Source: Octopus sinensis
Taxonomy: Eukaryota
Assembly: GCF_006345805.1 (NCBI RefSeq)
Contig: NC_043007.1
Location: 60,326,001-60,390,000 of the forward strand
DNA length: 64,000 nt
Direction: 5' to 3'
The notes under the pieces: generated by a model
Database searches by the model: none
Told to the model about the DNA's origin: nothing
The model's input: the letters and a program-made list of their open reading frames with translations, nothing else
Made by a program: the position numbers and the translations under genes
Shown here: positions 39,571-50,450 of the stretch, one piece after another
How positions within the stretch are numbered: position 1 is the stretch's first letter
How the letters are laid out: each line of letters opens with the position of its first letter

Positions 39571-40015
39571 GTAACTTTATATTTTTTTATGTAACACAAT
39601 ACAGCTTGCTTTTTTAAAAAAAAATTAAGATTTATAGATTCTACTGCTTTTTGTATGCTCCAAAAAGTACTTTGTTCCTGATATCTTAATATTTTTCAGG
39701 AAATACATCAGTCGAATTATATTTCTTTGTCAAAACTTTAAAACCGTTATATGGATGGATTGTGTATATATTGAAATTTGTAGTAAGTCTTCATTAAAAA
39801 AAATTGAGACACTAAGTTATTGTAATTGTGCAAAATACATAATTAGTGCTAATGGATAAAAGTTCATTCTTATCCTTTCCTTCAGGTTTGTTTTTATGGT
39901 AGTAGCGGGTCTCCATCATTCAACCATGAGGTTTTAGTTGTTAAATCAACTGAATTGCTTGCTCCTGAATTAATGTGTAAAAGATTGGGTATCCCATAGA
40001 CATGGGTACTATTAG

Positions 40016-40400
40016 CCCTTTAGCATTTAAACTGGCTATATCTGTCCAAAATATTCTACCTGTTTTATGTTGAAATCAGCTAGATCTCACACTTAGTCTA
40101 CAATGTTGTTCTAAAATTAAACAGTCACATCCACATAAAAAGCACTAAGCCCACTCTGCTGAGTGGTTGGTGTTAGGAAGGGCATCCAACTGTAAAAATC
40201 CTGCCAAAACAATCACTGAAGTCCAGTGCAGGCTTCAGCCTGGCCGGCTCTTGTGGTACCATCCCATCCATGCTAGCATGGAACACAGACGTTAAATGAT
40301 GATGATAATGATCACTGAAATCTCCAAGCTACACAAAAATGTATTAATTATTCAAAACAATGGGAATAAATATGAACATAATTTACAATAGGTTAAACAT
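40016..40400. mobile_element. piggyBac-type MITE family 1 interrupted by an RTE-tail repeat (about 40131-40312)
   Basis: Left end ttag|ccctttagcatttaaac. The MITE sequence resumes after ...gttaaatgatgatgataatgat, collinear with 57966-58185. Confidence 0.8.
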
Positions 40401-41353
40401 AATTTACAAGCAGAATAAGTGTAAAATGGCTATTCTTTTAAAATTTTAAATCAGTTAACATCACCAAATTGTCCTGTGTTCAGAGTACTTACTTTTTAGA
40501 AGTAAGCCTTGAGATACAGTTGCTGTATGTTAACATTGATCTCCTAACCACAATCTTGAGTGTCATCCGTCAACCATTATATTGTGCTTTGAGCCAACAA
40601 ATGTAATCCTGCTTGTAGCAGTTTGATTGATTGATAAAGAGGTCTACTCCTATTTACTGGGCTGGATTACTGACATTCTAAAACTCATCTTGTTGGAAAG
40701 ACTTCAAAAATATCTAAATTCTAAGAAAAAAAGATCCTTACAAAATAAGCTTAAAATACATATACATAGATATAAACATTGAAAACCTACCAAAATTATT
40801 AAGATGCATAGCAGTAACTTAGTTACATTTGGAAGTTGCTTATAAATAGGGATGTGCATTTAATAAATTAGATATTAATGATAGCGACAATAACAAAAGG
40901 TTCAGATAATATACAAAGTACCAGCATGAATTAGTAGTGATGAGGAAGTCTCTATACAGATTTCTCATTTCCATCATCATAAAAAGGCAAGCATTTATAT
41001 AGACATCCTGATTTCTTGGTCAAACAACTACCACATTCACTGACCATATTTAATGCTTCAAGGCATTCCGAAAGAGAATACAAGACTGGAACTTAGCATG
41101 GAAAGGAAAGAAATAAAGGAAATCAAAAGCTAAGACTGTTTGACCAGGTGAATTTTTGTTGTTGAATTTGGACACTATTGTGAACTTTTAATAAAATTTT
41201 AGTTTCTTATTGACCTAACTGAAATATTCAAGATGTTCACATATTGGAAATTTACATAAATTTCAAGAAAATACATACTCCATTCTAAACAAGCAAAAAA
41301 GTAGAGATTTTTTTTATCTACTTATAGTCAAAATACCTGTATGTTAATCTATA

Positions 41354-41385
<32 letters not shown>

Positions 41386-44244
41386 AACATATATATATAT
41401 ATGTATATATGCATATATTATATGTATATAAAAATATTGTTAGCATAAAATATATTAAACTGACAATGTTGTATGTAGCTATGTCTATGTGCATTGATCA
41501 TATTTGCCAATTAGCTTCATAAATACTTGTCATTGATAACTTATCAGATTTCTCTATTTCAGCAGGAACTTCTAATTTCACTTGTTTCTTTCAATTTAGG
41601 TGTATTGAAGTGTGTCGTCTGCAGCTATTCATGAAACACATTTCTAAAGAGTCTTCTTTTTCAGGTCCATTTTACAGCACCGCTTCCTTCTCAAATTTTT
41701 CTAAATTTGATGATTTTAGTAAGCACACGCTCAGAGATTGATTTAAATTTCTAGTTGCCTCACTTTAAAGAAAAAATGCTGTCAAGTCTGATTCCATCTC
41801 ACTCCCACTTTAAAGCTAATTATATAGAAGCTTCTGGCAAAGCCTTAATATTAGAGCACCACATTCTTTAAAATTCAGCATCCATAGTAAATATCCAGAA
41901 ATATGCATTGAAACAGTTGAGGCATGTTTATTCAGATGCTCTGGGTCAGAAAAAAAATTCAAAGAAGGATGTGGATTCCAAAAGTTCATGGAGGGTTAAA
42001 GTGTTAAGAAAGAAATGTGAAGAATTTTAAAGAAAATAAGACATCTAGAAGAATGACATTAAATATTGGGTTGAAATACTGATGAAAGGTTGTTATAGAA
42101 GGTAAAGGCTATCTAAGGTCAACATATAAATCAAAGATGATATTGGATTGAATTAGAATCAGTTAACCTTAAATTATTTGTTCCTGTCACTTGAATGTTA
42201 ATTTTAAACTATCATTTTCATGGGAGGTGGGGGAAAATCCTCACCCCTCCACTTATCTCTCTGTATTCAAATGCTAGGTTTTTCACATATTATGGGGAAT
42301 TTCCTAAGGTTATATCAGCTGTAATAAAATCTATTGACTTATATTTTTACAACAGTGGTTGATGTAAACTTTTCTTACTGAAAATTACCAAAACTTGCTT
42401 TTATTTTTAAAATACGAGTTTCAAAATTAATTCCAAAACATCACTGAGAGCATGTTGACCCTTTTAGGGGTTCCAAATAGAATATTTTTCTTTCATTTTT
42501 TTTCTCTACTTCATAAATCTTTACTAATTTCATATTAAAATTAAGGTATTAATTTATTAACATATGAAAATATATAATTAAGATAAATAAATTGTATATT
42601 GCTGCATGTTTTGGTATCTTTTCTGTTAATTGCTTTATTGAATATTAAATACGAATGTCCCATACTCTTACCTTTATGCTACATTTAGTCAAAAGCTAAA
42701 TGAATAGCTGACAAGAAAAAATAATTTTTGTCTAAGAAACAAATTTCTTTGAACTCAGTTAAACATCTAAAAAAGAATTAAGCACTATTGATTAGCTGTT
42801 TAATCTTTTTTTATTGTTTTTTTTATATAAGACCAAAGGTGAAATGAAATAGGTTTCAGAATGAACAAGTTTAGAGCCAATCAAATCAATTGTAATCTAC
42901 TGACTTAGAAATAGTCGAACTTACAATTTAAGAATTAGTTAAAGATGTTTCTATTTAAATGATGAGGAAATAATTTTTTTCTCCACTCCCAGATGCATAA
43001 ATGAATTATTTTTCAGTTTCCTTTTTATTAGTTTTTTTTTAATTTCATATTTTATTTCAAATGTATTGTGCATGTTATTCTTTTGAGCTTGTCTTCATGC
43101 AGGTGAATTTTATTGCAAATTCTTTTTTTTTTTTTTATTGACAAGCATGCTTAGCATCCTAAAACAACTCTAAGCATCTCAATTGGTCTGCACTGTGATT
43201 TAAAATTAGCTCTTAAAATATAGAAGTATTGATTAGTTTGCCTAATATAAAATCTTTAGAATGTTGCCATTTAAGTACCTGCTAAGAAATGTACAGATTT
43301 TAAAAGAAAAAAAAAACGATAATGTAATTGGGAAAGTTTGATCCAGCAGTTTTATGCTGACTTTAATGCCAGTTTACCATTTAGCTTTTTTTTTAAAAAA
43401 AAAAATCTGAAATCTAAATGTTTGGTATTATTTGTTACCAAATACATACATCAGCCAAAATATATTAACCTGGCTACTAAACTCTGCAGGTTTTTCTGCA
43501 CAAAATTGGTATTTTTATTTTTAAAATCAATAGAATAGTATTGTTATTTATAGATTCATAGTATAAAATATTCTCATCATTGATATAAATGATTATATAA
43601 TCCAAACATTTAATATTTCATACATCTGAGTTGTTTCTAAAACAGTCAAAATGTTGAGTAACTTTACATGCAATTGATGGGTAACCTACATATGGTCATT
43701 CAATCATCTAGAAATAATAAGCTAAATCTTCCCCCCGGATCATATTTGCTTTGCTATACCATGTTAAGAAAAAAAAGGCCTGTCCTTAGTTCCTTGCACA
43801 TAGAAAAAATATGAGATGGTCATGACTGGAATGCCTTTTGATCATAAGCCTTTTTGATCAAGGCTTAGAGCTAAACAAAAATAACTGTATATTCATAGGT
43901 TATAGTGCCTAACTTGCAATTATAGTCTTTTTATTTCTATGAAATGAATATATTATGCACACCTACATACCATATAGTCATACAGAAATTTTTTAAAATA
44001 TTCTTCTATGTATGTTAATACTTAATTTTTAGTTCATAAATTTACAGTGATGGCAGTTATTTTTCTACCTAAACAATATTCTTTGACAAACTCCTTAACT
44101 TACTGGCTGCAATCATGCCATTATTATAGCAACTGTAAATCCTTAAAAACTAACCAATTCGTTTTATAAGTTGTATTTGATAGTTAAGCAAGAGAACATT
44201 TCAATTAATGGCTTGTATTTATACAAATTTTAATTGAAATGCTT

Positions 44245-44655
44245 CCTTATCATCATTTTAATGTCTACTTTTTCATGCTTGCATGAGTTGGACAGAGTAT
44301 ATTGAAGCAGATTTTCTACAATCAGATGCCCTTCCTGTTGCCAACCCTCACTTGCTTCCAAGCAAAGTGTCTTTCTCCATGGCCAGACGTGATTTCATAG
44401 ATTATTGGAAATGAATGCCACAGTTTGTGTGACAGTGAAATTCATTTACAACTATCACATAATGTCATGACGAGGAGATGCAAACACACATTCACACACA
44501 TAATATGTATGTATATACACTACAAACCTGTTCCAGTTCTGCCAAATCCTCTCGCAAGGTTTTGGTTAGCTTAGGACTACAGTAGCTGTACAATGGGACT
44601 GAACCCAAAACCATGTGACTGGAAAGCAAACTTCTTAATCACACACACGCCTGTG
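44245..44655 (-). mobile_element. SINE head A with RTE-type body D (minus strand)
   Basis: Same architecture as 25760-26190. Confidence 0.85.
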
Positions 44656-47600
44656 TATGTATGTATGAATACATTTGTGTGTATGTATGGATAGTTACAG
44701 ATTGCTCAGATTGTAGTTGACACTTAAATTAATAGGTTACACTATCTCTAAAGTAGATAAATTCTAATGAAGAAAATATTAAAACTTTTATATGATCATA
44801 ATTGATTTACAATGTACCTGTTTCCTACATATTAGAAATAAAGAGAAAGATAGTCACATTCCAGTATAACAAAAAAAGAAAATTAATCATTTTAAGGTCA
44901 TCAAGATCAATTAAAATTATATTTCTCTTTATAATCGATCAGCAATCAAGATATAAAATCGTTTGCCATTGACAAACATAAACGCTTCAATACATTTAAT
45001 TTTCAAAATTTAACAGTTTATTTCTTCTTTCTTTCTTTTTTCCTACTATTTAACATAAAATATTTCTGCTAGAGACAATTAGTGTATCTCATCCAGTGCT
45101 CCCCTTCCCCCTTCTCCACCTCCAAACTTTGCATGTGTATATGTTACCCACCTCATGTATTTAACATTGTTTTCATAATAGGTGTTCTGCCAAGTTTTGC
45201 TACTGCAGCCAGACCTTGGTATATAAGTGTTTGTTACTTGCTAGTGTTTACATTTAATCTTATGGTTTGCTAGGAATCATTTCGGCAGTTTCTTGTTTGG
45301 ATTAACTCTAGAAATAGACAATAACCAATAATTGTTGTTATCGTCATTATTATTATTATTATTAATCTGTTCAATGATCTAAATGAACTTCCACATGTTA
45401 ACTTCACTGTATTGTTGGACACTGATCTGAATTCATATTTTCTATGAACATTTTTAATATATTATGAAATGTATGCTACAAATATTTTGTATTTAATTCA
45501 GAAGTCTTTGCACATTATATCCTGACTTTTACACCATTTTAGATAAATTTTAGAGAAATTGTTTGGTTATTCCAATATGGAATATAAATGACATTTTATA
45601 TAGTCCATTAGTCTAAAATCACAACTTTTTTTATACAAATAGTTTTTTTGTTTTTTCTTACTCTTTAGATTTTAGCCTATTGTTGTGCAGTAATTAAATT
45701 TATAAATAACAGAAATAATTTAATTTAGATGAGTTAATTGTATAATCAATGAATTTAAGTCAATATTTCTGCTTCATGTTTAAGTATGGAAAGTAACATG
45801 TGAAGATTGTTACTTCTGTTCCAGTTTTGACTGAAGGTATTTATTGCTTTCTTTAAATGACCAAGCCAAGTAATATAATTTTGTAGGTATAAACAATATA
45901 TGCTATGTCAATAAATATATAAATGTGGATAATGATAATGATGATTTAAATTTGACATGGATTTTTTTTGTCAATTTCAAAAGGAAAACTTTAACATGGG
46001 GTGGAACATTAAACCAACAAAGCACTACTCCTTCCTCTCCCAATGCTGTCATTCTTTGTTATACTGCTAAATCATTTTCACATCTTCTTTCATGGTTACA
46101 CAAATTTTTAAATGCCTTATTCATAACACAGTTCTTCTTACCCATTCTATATAGTCAGTTACTCTTGGCTAATATTCTCCTGTCCCTAGTGCATACCTCC
46201 CATCAACAATCATTTTCATCTAGATACTTGTGTCCAATTTTGAGAGCTGAGCTCCAATTATATTTAGTTTTCCTGAAGACTATTGTTTCTACACCATTCC
46301 AGATTGGAAATAAGGATGAGTAGATGAAGCTGGGGCAATTAGTATTTAAATTGAATTATTTCAGCTTGTCAGAGAGAAAAAGCATGCAAGCAGTAATTTA
46401 CAGAGGAATTCTTGTCTAAAGCAGAAAAATTGGACATAGTTTAGATGGAAATGTTAGCATTATTGAATTAAAGAGAGAAAAATAGTACCATATTAAGAAG
46501 TTTTGTTTGGGGATCATACAGAGTCTGTGGTTTCACTGATTGACAGAGAACCAGTGAGTGGAATTTCTCAAGGCTTTGAGTTGCTATGTTTTGCTGTTTG
46601 AGTGTGAATTCTTTCTACCTATTGCTGATTTCTCTCAGGTTTTGTTGGCTGATTTTATTCTCTACATAGCTACTGCCAACTTCTAATGAACTATTCCATG
46701 ATTTGGTTATACATTAAATGTAAGGATTGTTTCTCTCATTTGCTTAGCATTCTCAAAGGTGTTAGGAATGACACTCAATTAATGTCATAAATCGTCAATG
46801 GAACTGTTGTGGGGGGGGGGGGGTCCAACTAAATAACTTGAAAGTCAGTTTGTACATATCAGTAGTAGGATGACATCTATTATGTATAATTAATCATATA
46901 ATTTCTTGGGTGAAAACACCTTAACATTTGAGTTTGACATAATTTTGGAGTGTGGGAGAGACCAAACATGTTCAGAGACTTGGAAAACTGATCAAGACAT
47001 AAACTTAGTAAGAAAATTTGCTGCAAGTACAAGCTGTTCAGAATTGTACAGAAGTTTCACTTGTGCTTTGATAATCTAATTACATGCTTATAGGTGTTGT
47101 CGAATTTGGTTATCTGCTCAGTTCAGAAAAAGACTAGTTCAGCAGATGCACATTGAGGCATGAGAAAGTGGAAACTAAACCAGTGTTATGGGAAATCATT
47201 GTCAGAAAAAAACTTGATTCACATAAATACAATAATTTTCTTTTTAAGCCTTCAGTCAGCTCTGATCTAAGAGATTCTAACCAGGATCTTTCCTTTTTGT
47301 TTTCTGAGCTTAATGTATCTGGAATTATGTCCTTTATATCCTTTCTTTTCAAAGACTTGATAAAGATTTCTTCAACAGACCAAGTGACTCTCTTTGGTTT
47401 GATTGAGCAGTGGTTAGATTAATGCACCACTTTCAGAATGTGGGGTTGTTGGTTATTATGGATGTAATCAGTTACAAGAAGTGTGGTTTATGTTGCAGTC
47501 AAATTAATGATCAGGACTGTTTTTATAGATAAGGGGAAGATGTCAAGCACACTAAACCTGGAAACAGTAAACATAATTTATCCTTAATGATTATTTGTAA

Positions 47601-49115
47601 ATTATAGTAATCTTTCTGCATTTTCTTTCTCGCATTAGTTATATAGAATACTTTTATTTGCCTGCCATCATGTTGCTTTATTTTTCTTCTATACATTTGT
47701 CATTTGGAACAAACAGCTTGCATAGATTCTCACTGCTTATGGTGTTTAAAATTTTAGATGAGTAACTTACATTTAATCATTGAGATGTATGATATATAGG
47801 TTTGTCCTTTTACTAGCGACATGATATTAAAATATAATCTACAAAAGCTCAGTGTATCAGTATAATGTTAACTTGTCTATATTAAAAGCTTGTAAATCTA
47901 GAGTTGTTTTAAATACAATATACTATAGACATTATAGTAAAAAACTATTACATCCTTTTCTTTCTTTTGGTTTACATAAATAACATATTTATCTAGCTGT
48001 TATAAATAAAGACTGAAATAATTTCTATGTGATGTGTAACTATAACAATAACATCTGATCTACTGTCATGTCATTTTGTAATTCTTATCTACATTTAGAA
48101 TTTTCTAAATCATACGTACCATCTAAATATAAGCATAACAAATTAAAAAGCATTTCAGATATTTTTGTTAGTTGAAGTGTCAGGCTGAGAATAAATATTC
48201 AAAGAATATCTCTTCTAAACTTTCAAACCACTTTCTATAATTTCACTTATCTCCAAAATTTCTTCAGTTATTTTGTAATTTTCTCTCTAATACAGCATTT
48301 GGGAGAAATATTTATTATGTGCACTTGCACATACACACAAAGTTTTGTTATACCTGTACATTTTTTAAACAAATAACTTACAAACAAGTAGTTCTTGCCA
48401 CACCAACAATTCTTGTCTTATATTCATCTTAACCCCAATCATCTTCTGATGTCATAGCTAAAATTTACTCTTGTAAGAAAATAACTTTCTAGAGAAGTAT
48501 AGATTTTTTTCTTTAGCAGGAATATTGGAACTGTTTCATAAAAAAAAGTCTGAAGTGTTGTAGAAACAGTTTAAAACCTATTTTCCATTTTGTAAAGCAG
48601 CAGCAAGTAATTTGGTATATTGATTTTTCACCTTTATATGCATATTAACAATGGGTTTTAATTAAAAATAGTAAATCAAGTAGTTTGCAATAAAATTACT
48701 ACACTATAATCCCAAAAGGAATAGTTAAATAAATACTTATGTTTCTTAGTTAAGATTATATTATAAAGTTAACCTTTTCCAATTTGGGCATATTTAGTAG
48801 TTATATTTATTGTGTGTTTGTGTATTTAGTCAGGCTGAGAAATATACTGTGCAAAGCAAATGGTATAAATATAAATGGGAATTTTATGTTTATCGACTGA
48901 ATTTTTGAAAACTTGTAATTATCAAAATTTTTTATATTTTGTGGCTTTTTCTTTCTTTTTTTTTTAAATTTTTCTTTTACTAAAATGTAGTTGTCCAAAA
49001 GGAAGCTGCCGATGTTTAAGTCATGTTCAAACGCTTGTTCTTGGATTTGTGACTTGTGCCAAATTTTTTTGTGTGTCAACTAATTGTGTTTTGCTGCTTT
49101 TATCTTTGCTTCCAG

Positions 49116-49151
49116 GAGCACAGTGTAATCCACCTGGACAAAATGTACCAT
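49116..49151 (+). CDS. ATP2B: Candidate 36-nt alternative (site A) cassette exon of PMCA
   Basis: Branch-like ACTAAT at 49079-49084, tract ttttgctgcttttatctttgcttccAG|, donor |gtaagt. 36 nt, phase 1-1, open in the PMCA frame: (G)AQCNPPGQNVP. No transcript evidence available. Confidence 0.6.
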
Positions 49152-50438
49152 GTAAGTTTCTCACCCAATTTTGTGCTGCCAACAATTGCTGGTTGCCATT
49201 GCCAACTTTTGTGCTCTGATGTGATTGGTTGTATATGTCTGTGCGTGCTTGTTATGTATGATAGCTTCTGTAGCTGCCGCTGCTGTTTTGACTTAACTCT
49301 TGCACTGTTTGTTGTTTCACTGTGGTGGTTATATTGCTGTAGTTGTTCAAACTACTTTGGAAATAGGCATTCTTGTTCACTTTTCCTTAACTCTAATTAA
49401 AATCTCATCTGATGAATGGAATATCCATTGACAATGGTCATGGTTTGACTTGAATACATCAGAGAAAAACTAAACTATCTACTTCACTTTTTTTTTCACT
49501 TCTGACATAGGGTTATGAAATCCAATTATTTAAATAAAAATCTATTTAGAGTGTTATTGTGGCAAATGTTTATGAAGTTTTTACAAAAAGGTTGCCTCAC
49601 TCTAAAGCAAATTAGATTTTGGTTGTGGAGTCACTACTCTTTGCAATTCCACACTGATTTCCCCCAGCCCCCTTTTTTTTTTTACTTTTTTTAGTTTGGC
49701 TCAAAGTCACCTAAAATAAAATACTTAATACTATTTTAAACATACCACCTGCAGTTATTCTCCAATATCAATTTGTTGATATGTTTTACTTTCACATCTT
49801 GTATTTCAAGAATGCCTTCTTTTGCTCCAAATTAATGATCTACCTGTAATCCTTTTTACCTTTCTGTTTATCTTTTCACATTTCTAACATCTTTAGTTAA
49901 TTTTCTTTCCTTTTTTTTTCTGATTAAAAAAAAACATCCTCATCATTTTAAGTATCTCTAAAATAAATAGCTTGATAAGAAATGAAATTAGAATTCAAAT
50001 AAATTAAGTAAATCACTAAAACTATATTTGAAAACTAGTTATTTATTATCGGTAAATAATGCAAAACAAAAGCAGAAGTTGTGCGTAACTATTTACATAG
50101 AATTCTGTTTTGATATTGTTGAATTAATAACAAGAAAACTAATTTTTATAATCTTGTATGTGATTGATTGAAATTAAAACTTAAGACGATACAATCTATT
50201 ACAGATGTTATGCATGTTTCAATATAAACGTTATTATATATATATATATATATGCATGTCCATCTATGAAGAATTTTCTAATTTAATGTTTCTTTAAGTA
50301 TTCAAATTATTTAAGTTTCTTTTGTTGCTACTATTTTAAGATACTCTAAATATCCTCTTTGCTATTTCTGGTACATTAAACATCTCTGCTGCTTCAACAC
50401 TCATTTTCAATATTACATATGTCTGCCCTGCTCTTTAG

Positions 50439-50450
50439 GCTCAAAATGGA
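50439..50450 (+). CDS. Weak candidate 12-nt microexon
   Basis: gtctgccctgctctttAG|GCTCAAAATGGA|gtcagc. Frame-preserving, (G)SKW. The donor is weak. Confidence 0.2.

Noticed and set aside
39700-39782. Acceptor tttttcAG with a gtaagt donor just after exon 5
   Set aside because: 83 nt, frame-shifting, hydrophobic low-complexity peptide; no further support.
42468-42485. AG followed by (G)VPNR, resembling GVPENR of the human PMCA4 site-A exon
   Set aside because: No GT donor follows before an in-frame stop, and it lies in repeat-like sequence; treated as coincidence.
43088-43108. 15-nt exon or AG|GT recursive-site candidate (catgcAG|GTgaat)
   Set aside because: The exon would need a rare GAG acceptor, and the pyrimidine tract is too poor for a ratchet point; not supportable without nascent RNA data.
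45669-45689. 21-nt in-frame microexon candidate, (D)FSLLLC
   Set aside because: Competing internal AG, modest donor and no flanking motif cluster; one in three chance sites is in frame.
45925-46323. Longest ORF in the track (132 aa)
   Set aside because: Non-ATG start, no recognisable domain and low-information composition; probably decayed repeat or chance.
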